From: Lama guanicoe
Taxonomy: Eukaryota
Direction of reading: 5' to 3'
Assembly: GCA_013239625.1 (NCBI GenBank)
Contig: MU054323.1
Location: forward strand, 20,667,082 to 20,731,081
Length of the DNA stretch: 64,000 nt
In this document: piece after piece, positions 12,141 to 22,948 of the stretch
How the letters are laid out: each line of letters begins with the position of its first letter
Position numbering within the stretch: position 1 is the stretch's first letter
Notes under the pieces: generated by a model
Told to the model about the DNA's origin: nothing
Database searches by the model: none
What the model saw: only the letters and a program-made list of their open reading frames with translations
Made by a program: the position numbers and the translations under genes

Positions 12141-14359
12141 GACAAACAACTATAATCCACCTTATTTATTAAAACAAATAAGCGTAAAAATGGAGAAAGC
12201 CAGGCCTCTGGGGTATGGCTAGATGGGTGGAGGTCCACAGAACCATGAATGCAGAGCTGAAGGGGCACCAAATCTTGGACCCTGGAGCTAGGAGCCAAGG
12301 TCAGTGACCTCACAAGAGGTGACTGCTTCATTCTTACCACCCAGCCTACACTGGCCCCTAGACAAGGCTGGGCAACTGGGGCTAACACTTGTAGCCTAGA
12401 ATACCCAAGAACCCTGCCTTTGTTTTGTTCTTTGTTGAAATGAACCCAAACACAAGAGTTTGAGGGTGGCCCTGACAGTGGGGTATTCTAAGTTTCTCCT
12501 GGGAATACATTAGGAAAGTGTGAAAGAGCCATTTCCCTCGCCACTGCTATTGGAGTCCAGTAACAAGATTTCAGATACAAAACCAGTGGAAACATCTGTC
12601 TCTTCTGTCCTCCCAGGCTGGCTACAGGCAGCCAAACTCCAAATCTGGGGTAATTCCCAGTCAACAGCTATGAGAACACCCACATTGCAGGCTTGGTAGA
12701 AGGACTTTGGAGGCTAACATGTAAACATGCTATGGTACATGCTTTGGTACAGAGTGCCTGCTGGTAGAAAATATTTTTATTATTATGTAACTGCTTTTAT
12801 TTCATTTTAAATGGAGAGAGAAAATGGAATGCTGGCCTTTTCCAATGAGCTGGGCTTTGCTGGGGCCAGTTTCATAATTATTCTACCATGGTTATCACCA
12901 CGTTATGCCAACAATTCCCTGACTTCTCACCAGCCAGGTCTTCTCAGAACAAAAAGAAATGTTAGGTTGGCTACTTTCCATCAAGTGTGGGCTACAGAGA
13001 TGCCTAACCAGGTAATTAATTCAGGATCACAAAAAACACATTTTGAGCTGAATAGTGCAAAACCACCCAGGGAATTTCCTGTTCTCTTTCCGACAAAACG
13101 TTGGACACTAAATTAACTTCTTTCCCTGCCTCTTCCTACACAGCTCTTTTCTCTAGACCACCAGTAGTCTCTGTTTTTAGTATTGGGTAGTTTTCTTCCA
13201 AAGAACAAATTCTATTTGAAATATAAGCCTTTCTGCAGTTGGAAATGATCATAGCGAACTCTCTCTCCTCTAAAATACTCCTGCAGACCCTCAAACATCA
13301 ATAAAATTCTGATTGCTCACCTGAGAAGTATTTAAAAATTATCACAGACCCTAAAAGCTGGACCAAATTTATATACTATTACTGAAATGGCTTCTTCAGA
13401 TAACTAGGATGAAAATGAACATGGATGAGGCTATGAACTATCCAAGCTATGAATTTCAAGATGACTGACTTGGGGTAACACTCACTCTGAAATTATAAAT
13501 TAAAGGTGGCAAGCCAATGAAAAACAGGACCAGCAGCAAAATGTAAGCAAGAGCGACACCTGCTGGCTACGTGGGGAAGAGGGTGAGGGCTGGATGTAGA
13601 AAAGCAGAGAACCCTTAAAAGTTTCTAGATTAAATCAATGAAATGGATAAATGTTCTCTAGCATCTTAAATGAAAATCTGCTTGTTACTGCCACCAAGAA
13701 AACAACAGTAAACAGTGTAGGCATCAAATAAGTCATTTATTCTGACTCTCCTTTCCCCAGATTCCTTCTAACAGTTAAGAGCCTATGGTTTCACTGCGTG
13801 GCAAGATTGGTTTCCTAACAACAGCACAAAAACTTTCGGTGGGGGAGCAGGCAGGAGCTCTTAATGGCTCTCTTAATAATTAGGACGGCATGTAGGTCAC
13901 TGAAGGACTTTAAAAACAATTATTTGTATGAAGTTGATCTTCATTCTCCGAGGATCCAATATTTGAAACATATTTCTGTCTTAGCTAAAATGGAATAAAA
14001 TTTGGAATTCTGACCAAGTGGGCTCTTTGCCAACTAATCCAGCTCCTACTTCCAGCCAAAAAAGGGGAGGGGGGGGAATCATGTGTTAAAACCCAATTCT
14101 GTGTAGTCAATTCAGAGAAAATGCAGGCTGGCTATGGTTGGACACTGGAGGTCCTGAGGGATGAAAAAGGCTAATTCAGGCCTGCAGGTGGCCTGCACCT
14201 GGGAACAGAGTAAATACTCAACGTGGTAGCTTCACTTCCTACAGTAGCTGCAGTAAATGAAGCTGCCCTGAATGACTGCACTGAAGAAAAATTCCTCTGT
14301 AGGACAGAAGACTAGACTCCCAGAAGTGGGGGAGGCACGAAAGGGAGAAGATATTTGAA

Positions 14360-14365
14360 TTTATG
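14360..14365 (-). terminator. Candidate variant poly(A) signal CATAAA of THADA
   Basis: About 70 nt after the stop and followed by a pyrimidine-rich tract. The next canonical AATAAA I found is at 13736-13741. Confidence 0.45.
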
Positions 14366-14433
14366 GTCAACATGTTTTCTGCAGATTTAGTAGGGGAGTA
14401 ATCCACCCCGCCCCCAACCCCACAAATCTTTCT

Positions 14434-14802
14434 TCAACAAGCTGTTTCTGTTTCTGGAAGAGTTAACTGATTCGCTGCTGCAGGAGAGTCCCCTTGCTTT
14501 CCTTCCAGAAGGGCCAGCAGCCTCAGGCAGGCCGAAGTCCTTTCCTCCTGGATGCGCAGCCTTGTGAACTCCGCCGTCTTCAAAAACTCAGCAGCTGGTG
14601 GCAGCTCTCTGAAGAGCTGGGAAAGGAGGTGGCACTGCTCTGACGCTGTCCTCTGAAGATGACGGAGCCTCTCGGGGCTGAGGGGACACCAGCTGGACTT
14701 GGAGAGGAGGCGGGAGAGGTGCTTGTAGAGGTATTTCACGAAGATCAGGGTCTCAGCCCAAAAGTTGACTTCTGTTTTTTCAAACAAGTAGTCTTCTTCC
14801 AC
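14434..14802 (-). CDS. THADA: THADA last coding exon (about exon 38), 369 bp including the stop
   Basis: gattcag|GTG GAA GAA; VEEDYLFEKTEVNFWAETLIFVKYL...QLTLPETETAC*, matching the THADA C-terminus. Confidence 0.94.
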   Translation of the reverse strand: MEEDYLFEKTEVNFWAETLIFVKYLYKHLSRLLSKSSWCPLSPERLRHLQRTASEQCHLLSQLFRELPPAAEFLKTAEFTRLRIQEERTSACLRLLALLEGKQGDSPAAANQLTLPETETAC

Positions 14803-15875
14803 CTGAATCAAATGAAAAAGCCAAAAGCCAACCTCACAGGGGTTACTGACCAGCCCCAGTCCAGAGCAGAGTTGGGCCAGATGCAGGAGCAGTGTGTCCC
14901 CTCCCTTGCCTGACAGAGGGCCCACTCTCGCCCATCAGCCCCCGTGTACACACACCACTCGTCGCCTTGAAGGTCACCTTCTATTTTCACTCGTTGTACT
15001 TCTCCACCAGAGAGGAATTTCTTTCCCCCCAGACTTAACATGACCTTTGATAAAGATGTGTTTGTGGTTCTCAGCCAAGGTATTTTGGGGGCCTGGTGCT
15101 GAAAAGGGGACCTCAACACAAGAGTGGGCACTAGACCTGAAGGTGCATCTAGAAATCGGAGAGGAGGGAGGAAGGCAAATCTGAGCAGCAGAACAAAGAC
15201 TAAAGAGCCGTCAAACACGAGACACTCGTCTCTGAGTATGAAACCAAATTTCTATAATGCTGGGGATTTTCAAGGTCATTTTATCACAGATACTTTATCT
15301 TATCTCCAAATTTCCTATAAATAGGCTGCTTTTTGAATACCTGGCCTGCTGGGGAGCCAGCTGAGTCAGATACTGGTGGATGGGAATTTCAATTCTCAAG
15401 ATGCTTTTGCTGCTTATCTTGGTCCTCAGTTTCCCTATCTGTCAACTGCTCCCCCATCTGGAGGAGGCGCATAGTTTTCTTCAAGCAGCAAAGACCCTGG
15501 AAGGACCCTGATGCTCTGGGAGTATTTCACTTTCAGACTTCACTGTGGAAGCTCTGGTTACTCCAATGCTGACTAATGAGCCTTCTCCATAATTAACTCT
15601 CAACTTCCAAGAGGCCTCTTTCAAAGTCCTCTCCCCTGACTGCTCAGAAGGCTTACCACTGGAACCCCCAAAGCCGACCATGAGAACCGCCCAGGTGCCC
15701 CCCAGAGCCCCCAGCAGGCTGCTGGAGTCACTTGGAGGCCTTCCAAATCGGTTACTGCTTGGTATCTGAGCATCCAGAAGCAGGCACATTCAGCCCACGT
15801 AAGCCTCTAAGTGTGGCATACAGTGGGTTTAGGACACTCCCACCCGCCTCCACTGCCCTGAGACCCTGGCATTAC

Positions 15876-16045
15876 CTGATGCACACTCTCCACACAGACC
15901 ATGAGGTCATCACCCTCTCCCAGCAGCCACCCCAGCAGGACTGGGAGTCCAGGGCCCAGCTGGTCCCACTGCTGGAGCAGGTCACACAGCACAGCCAGGG
16001 CCAGATCCAGAGCGATGGAGGCATCCACCTGGCAGAAGGCAAATT
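15876..16045 (-). CDS. THADA: THADA penultimate coding exon (about exon 37), 170 bp
   Basis: tttccgcag|AA TTT GCC; (E)FAFCQVDASIALDLALAVLCDLLQQWDQLGPGLPVLLGWLLGEGDDLMVCVESVHQ; donor CAG|gtaat; phase 1 to 0. Confidence 0.94.
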
Positions 16046-16459
16046 CTGCGGAAACAAGAGAGACGCAACCAATGAGTGTGCTGCTCAGGGTCAACCAGGA
16101 GGCTGGGCAGAGCTCTGGGAATGTGAAAGGCCTCAGGAAAAGTCACTGCCACCAGCCAGGCAGGGAAGCTGGTGGGAAAGGCTCACTAAGGGTTGTGAAT
16201 CCACTTCTGAATCCTGCTGTCTCCACAGCTAGAGTAATGCATAGGCCTGACCCCCTATCCCAGTGTGGACAGAAGCAGCCCCACCTGCAGGACTAGACAT
16301 TTATCTCCCCTCAGCCCTTCTACCTGGAAGGATAGCAGGAAAGCTTCCCACCCAGTGTCTCCCCTGCAGACCCGCCAGCAACACCTGAATTCCATTGTTT
16401 TGCCCCATCCTCTGAAAGCAAATCCTGTACATAACACATTAAATCTCTTAACGTCTTAG

Positions 16460-17025
16460 AGCAGGGCACCAACGCACTTTTTTTTTTAAATTGATATATA
16501 GTCAGTTTACAATGTGTGTGAATTCCTGGTGTTTCAGTCATACATATACATACATATATTCCTTTCCAAATTCTTTTCCATTATAGGTTACTACAAGACA
16601 TTGAATATAGTTCCCTGTGCTACACAGTAGGACCTTGTTGTTTACCTGTTTTATATATAGTAGTTAGTATCTGCAAATCTCGAATTCCCAATTTATCCAT
16701 TCCCACCCCCTTTCCCTGCAACAAACTTTTTCTTAAAGGGCCAGAAGGTAAATATTTTAGACTTTGGGAGACTGTCACAACGACTCAACTCTGCTGAAAG
16801 CAGCCATAGACGATATGGCAACAAATGGTTGTAGCTGAAATAAAAGTTTCATTTAATGTTCCAGTAAAATGTGAATTTCATGTAATGTTTACATGTCAAA
16901 AAATATTCTTTTTCTTTTGATTTTTTTCCCCAATTGTTTAAAAATGTAAAAACCGTCCGTCGTTCACAGGCTGTACAAAGACAGGAGGGAGGCTGGAATT
17001 AGCTCATATTTTGCTGCCCTCTGTA
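16460..17025. mobile_element. MER58-like hAT MITE interrupted by an L1 tail
   Basis: aaactttttcttaaagggccaga..taaatattttag..gaaagcagccatagac text; the left terminus is separated from the body by the L1 insert. Confidence 0.7.
16478..16717 (-). mobile_element. Cetartiodactyl-type L1 3' end
   Basis: Poly(T) followed by tttccattataggttactacaagacattgaatatagttccctgtgctacacagtaggacc. Confidence 0.8.
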
Positions 17026-19309
17026 TTAGAGTAAATTCGTTTTTCAGAGACCCATCTTCCTAGCCAGCTAGGGGAAGGCTGCTGAAAGAGTAGAAAGGGG
17101 TGCAGAAAGAGGAAGTGGGTGCCTTCGGGAAACCATTGCTTACTTCACCATTTTGCCTTAGACAGTCCTAAGTATGGGTCTGAAGGGAGGCACTGACATT
17201 TCCGCTAACCACCCCGTCCCTCCCACCTCCAACCTGAAACATGGGGTTGAAATCCCACTACACAGACAATAAATCGCTGCAGTTCCATGCAGTGCCTTTC
17301 AGTGACCCACTGCTGTTGGGACTTTGTCTTTCCCAAATCTGCATCTCTAACTCTAGCCCACAGACCTGTCTCTGACCATCTGGCCCCCAAAGAGACTTGC
17401 TCAGCACACAGAGAAAAGCCTCAGAGTCTGGAATGGAAGCTGAGTTCCCCAGCGCACTGAACCAGGCTTAGTGGCACTATTATGTGCCAGTCCCTAACCA
17501 AATACTTTCTCTCCAGTCCCTCAACATCCTTTGGGTTGGGAATTACCACCCCTGCTTCACAGGTAAGGATCCAGGGCTCAAGATAGGTTAACTCACCTGC
17601 ATATAGTCACAGAGCTTTAAGTGTCTACAAAGAAACTGGAATTGACAACAAGTTTCATGGCGCACACAGAGCACAGATTTGGAGAATTAGCACCAACATT
17701 CTAGAGACACAGGTCTTTATGGTGAGATAAGCAGAGTTGGTGACCCTCCATCAGGACCAGTGCTACTTAAAGCCCATGAAGCAGAGCCTAGACTCATGGA
17801 GGCAGCCAAAGGACCAGTGTTACCATCCTCAGGGCCCCAAATCAGTCCACAGGACATCTGCCCCTTAGGCTCTGCAGCCTAGAACCAGGCTTCGAACTGG
17901 GAAACAAAAAGTTGCAGGGAGGTGTGAATGTGCACTTTAGCTGGAGGTCTGAGCCATGTGTTTGTTGATCCAGCCTTCACCTATAATACAATCTCTACTT
18001 TTATCTCTATTGACTCCTCTGTGTAGTTCTCAACTGGTTTAGAATCTGTATGGGGAAGAAGTACCATTAATTAGCATCTTTCAAACCTCAAAGAATCAAA
18101 AATACACATGAAGACTGGCATAGGATTAAACACACAGCAGATACTCAAAACATTCCAGTTTGTGGCTCTGCAGATCATGAAATCTTCTCCTTTACCCCGC
18201 TTGATTTAGTTTAAACACTAACATAAAGACTGCCACAAAGACAGCATTCGATCAGTTGATAATAATGAACAGTTTCTTCTATTTGAACCCTTATTGCCCT
18301 CCCCCTGCCACCAGGAGGGAGGTAACTTTATTTAACAAATGAGGATGCTGTGCTCACAGAGGGTGGGTAACAGGTCCAAGTTCACACAGTTAGCACTGGC
18401 GGCACTGAGCTCAGTTTCTCTCAGTCATAGGCCACCCCCTACCCTGCAGGGAGGCCATGGTGAAACGCTCCTGGTACCCTATGGGGATGAAGAAGTCAGA
18501 CTTGGTTTTATCACTTTTATTCATTAAAAAGAGCTCCCAGCTTCTTGCCAGATTTTGAAAAAGGTCAAAGCTGTAAGTCCTCAGTATTGTGGTACCAGTA
18601 TCAAAGGTCAACTTCTCTTGAAATCTTTCAGAAAAATCTGCCCTCTGATTCACCCCTCTTTCCCCCACCCTTCTTTTTGTCTCTTTAAGGCAAGGACTGA
18701 AAGCACCCCAGGGAAGAAAAAAAGTCTCATCCACCAGCAAAATCAGTGCCTGCAGCTCAGGCAACATTCCTGCTGGGTCCATAAAGGACACTTGGAGGTG
18801 TCCAGAGATGCCCCAGGAAGGCTGGACTGCTACACCTGCCCCATCTGACAGGACAGGTATCCCCCATCCTGCACCATCTCACAGTGCATCGTGCTTAGGA
18901 AGTGGCCGGAGAGTGACAGGAATGACAGAGGCACATGAGGAGAGCTGGTGTGTTGGCTGGAAGTGGATCTAGTAGAATTATAACCACCCAAACACCAACC
19001 CTGTAAGGTGAGCAGGGAAGGGGAAGGGAGGCAGGGATGGGAGGATTGTTTAGATTTAGATCTCCTGCTTGAGGGGCCAGGGTCACCTCACCAAGTTCCC
19101 TCTTTTACTGCCTTGCCCTGGACAAAGACGGCTCAGCCAGAGCAGCGCAGACGTCTCCTGCCCAAATGCCTTGTGAGCGGGAGGCTGAAGAGGAGGGAGA
19201 GGAATTTCTCACCTAACCGTGCAGGTCAGCTAGGCCCTCACAGCCTTGCCAGTCCATCAAGCAAACAAGAAAGCAAGTGACAGAGCAACAAATGTGTCAG
19301 AAGAATCTG

Positions 19310-20722
19310 CTGTGTGTCCAGAACAGCCAAAACAATCTGGAAAAATACAACAAAACTGGAGAACTCACACTTCCTGATTTCAAAACTGGCTTAAGGATAG
19401 ACATAATACAGATCAATGGAATAGAACCAAGTGTCCAGAAATAAACCCTCACGCTTGCAGTCAATAGATTTTCGACAAGGGTGTCAAAACAATCAACTGG
19501 GGGGAAAGAATAGTCTTTTCAACCAGTGGGGCTGAGACAACTAGATACTCACATGCAAAAGAATGAAACTGGACCCCTACACCTCACTATAAACAAACAA
19601 ACAAACAAACAAATAAATAAACTTAAAAATGTATCAAAGATTGAAATTTGAGAGGTAAAACTCTAAAATTCAGAAAAAAACATAGGAGTAGGCAATGGCA
19701 TCTTAAACATGACACCAAAAAGGAAGCAACAACAAAAAAAGTTAGACTTCATCAAAACTGAAGATTTTTGTGCTTCAAAGGACATCCTTAAGAAAGCAAA
19801 AAGACAACTCCCAGAATTGGAGAACATGCTTGCAAATCATGTATCTGACAAGGGATTTGTATCTAAAGTGCATTAAAAACTCTTAAAACTCAATACTAAA
19901 AAGACCAATAATTCAGTTAAAACATAAGCAAAGGGTCTGAATAGACCTTTCTCCAGAAAAGATATACAAATGACCGATAAGCCCATGAGGAGACGCTTAG
20001 CATCATTAACCATCAGGGAAATACAAATCAAAACCACAATGAGGAACTACTTCATACCTACTAGGATAACTTTAATCAAAAAGACAGATACTAAGATTTG
20101 GTGAAGATGTGAAGAAATGGGAACTCTCATACACTGCTGATAGGAATGTAAAATGGTGCAGCTACTGTGGAAACCAGTCCTAAAGTCTCTCCCACTCTTA
20201 GACATATACCTAAGAGATAAAAAACATACATCCACATAGAAATGTGTATGGTAAATGTTTATATAAGAGCCTTATCCATAAAAGTCAGTATGTGGAAACA
20301 ACCAAAATGTTCATGAACCAGTGGATGGATAAATAAAGTGTGGTACATCCATATAATGGAGTATTATTCAGCCATAAAAAGACATGAAGTACTGATACAC
20401 ACTACAATGCAGATGAACCTTGAAAACATTACGCTAAGTGAAAGAAGCCAGACACAGAAGATCACATATTGTATAATTCCACTCATATTAAATGTCCAAA
20501 ACAGGCAAATCATGGAGACAAAAAGTAAATTAGTGGTTGCCAGGGGTTGGAGAATGGGGAGCAGGTGGAATGACTGATGATTGATACAGTGTTTCTTTTT
20601 GGGTTAATAAAAATGTTCTGGAATCCGACAGTTGTGACGGTTGTACAACCTTACGAATATACTAAAAATTCGTACATATGTGCACTTTTAATTTGATGTT
20701 TTGTATCTACGTGAATTACATC
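19310..20722 (+). mobile_element. L1M fragment (decayed ORF2 3' part plus 3'UTR)
   Basis: gatcaatggaatagaac..ccagaaataaaccc, atcagggaaatacaaatcaaaaccacaatgag, agtgaaagaagccagacacag. Confidence 0.92.
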
Positions 20723-20747
20723 TGGGCTAGGGGGGTGCTGTGGAGAG

Positions 20748-21362
20748 TGTGGAAGGCTGAAAAATGGCCTCCCAAAGTTACCCATGTCAAGTCCTTGGTC
20801 TCTGTGAATGTTATCTTACTTGGAAAAAGAGTCTTTGCAGGTGTGATTAAGTTGATGATACTGAGATGAGGAGATAATTTTGGGTGACCTGGGTGGACCC
20901 AGAATGCTGTTGCAAATGTCCTACATAAGAGAGGGGCAGAGGGAGGTCTGACACCAGACACACGTAGGAAGGAAGACACATGGAGGAGAAGGTGATGTGA
21001 AGACAGGGGCAGAGGCTGGAGGGATGCATAAAGAAATGCTGACAGCCTCCAGAAGCCTGAAGAGGCAAGGACCGGATTTGTCCTAGAGTCTGCAGAGGGA
21101 ATGTGGCCTGGCTGACATCTTTATTTCAGATTTCTGGCCTCTGGAACTGTGAGACAATAAACTGTTGTTGTTTAATTTATGTTTAAATTTTAATTTATTT
21201 TCCTTTTATGTTAATGGAGGTGCTGGGGATTGAACGCTGGACCTCGTGCACACTGAGCATGTGCTCTACCACTGAGCTATGCCCTCCACCCACTAAGTTG
21301 CTGTTGCTTTAAGCCACCAAGTTTGTGGTAACTTGTTACAGCAGTCACAGGAAACTGACACA
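20748..21362 (+). mobile_element. MLT1 (ERVL-MaLR) solo LTR with a nested SINE
   Basis: Starts tgtggaaggctgaaaaatggcctcccaaag and ends ttgttacagcagtcacaggaaactgacaca, both typical MLT1 ends. Confidence 0.85.
21175..21291 (-). mobile_element. tRNA-Ala-derived SINE (camelid vic-1-like)
   Basis: aatggaggtgctggggattgaac...ctctaccactgagctat with a T-rich tail, inserted into the MLT1. Confidence 0.85.
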
Positions 21363-22401
21363 GAGGAATGAAGGGTAACTGCTAAAGGGTGTGGAATCTC
21401 TTGTTGGAGTCATGAAAGTGTCCTAAAATTGATTGTGTTGATGGTGCATAACTCTATGAATATGCTAAAAAAACACTAAATTGTACTCTTTAAATGGGTA
21501 TGGTATGTGTATAGTATGCCTTGGTAAAACTATTATATTTTAAAAAGATCTGCTATATGCCCACGTTGGTTCCAGTTGCTGGATCCAGGAAGCCTGATCT
21601 GGGCAGAGGTGGTCTACTGGAGGGGCCTGGGGACACATTTAAAACCCTCAGGCTTGCTTGTGGAGCCCAGGGCTTGGGTGCTGGAGGTCTCTGCAGAGGC
21701 GAATGGTGGGTCAGAAGGTAGAAAGGGGGCTCGAGAAGGCTTCCTGGAGGAGCTGGGTCTCTGCCTGGCCTTTCATGAGACAGTCAGGAACTAGGTGCTG
21801 ACGGTCGGCTGTGTGGCCAGGGCCGTGCTAAGTCCCGTGGGAAAGCAAGACAAGTAGCTGACATGTCCTGTAACATTCAGTCATTTGGAAACTAGTTGGA
21901 AGTGCAACAAGTGAGCCTTTGGAACTGGTTAATCCTGTGCTTTCCATCCCTGAGAATGGATAACTCACTTGGATGGTAGGGGAGAGCAGAAAGAGTCTGG
22001 ACTGCCTCTGCCCCAGCCACGTTGGGGCTCTCCTGGCAAGGGGCACACCTGCTGCTCAGAAACTGCTTCATGCTCCCCTGCCCGTCTTCTTCCCACCTCC
22101 TTGAAGAGGCCCACCCTAGGCTGGGAGCTGAAGACCCAGGCATCACACAGCTAGTGTGCTGAATGCACTCAAAGTCCCAGCCCATGTCCCTCGACTAAGA
22201 GAAGTGATCATTCATTTCTAGGCAGACAGACAGGCAAGTCAGAGGCTTCGAGGCCATTCTCAACTGTACTGATTAAAATGAAAATGCAAACAAGGATTTT
22301 TTTCCCACGTTGCCAAACTTGAAAAGCAATTCAGATCATGGATTAGAAACTTACCATCTAATTCTAAAGTATGATGGGGGAGATACCTTCTAGACTCAGG
22401 C

Positions 22402-22948
22402 TGTTAGGTAGTTAGATGAGTGGGAGGAACCTGGCGGATAAGGTGGAAGAGAGGGAGGATGGTCTGGAAGATGGCAGTATGCTCGCCTTCAGCGTAAAGG
22501 GGCTTTATTTCATCTAAACGAGTGCCAGAAAGAAACCGGTTAGAACCCAACAGCCATAACTGCGTGGTAGCGACAAGGACCTAACCAGACATGACCCAGT
22601 GCTCATTGTAATATAATTAGCATGCCGTTTAGGCTCCCCCTTAATGGATTTTCTGTGTGCATCATGGGTAAGGACATGTGCAAAAAGGGACGAGCATGAT
22701 TAAGCACTCCAGGGGCAAGAGTTGTCAATCAATCAAGAGATCACCTCTAAGTGAGGGTTTAAGAGAAAGGGCAAACAAAGACCATTATCACCTGCCCTCG
22801 GATCAGCCTGCTTCCTGTTCTTGGAGGTGTACTTTTTTATTAAACCTTTAAATCTTTGCTATACAATGCTTCTGTCTCCCATCTGAATTCTTATCTTTCG
22901 GGTAAGACAAGAACTGGGGTCTTTTCCCTTCCCCTTTTGGGGGTAACA
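22402..22948 (+). mobile_element. ERV solo LTR, 547 bp (ERV1-like by TSD length)
   Basis: TGTTA...TAACA inverted termini, perfect 4-bp TSD aggc at 22398-22401 and 22949-22952, ATTAAA at 22839-22844. Confidence 0.85.

Noticed and set aside
14803..14925. ORF-track extensions beyond the THADA exons
   Set aside because: They are intronic read-through; splice sites and phase continuity define shorter exons.
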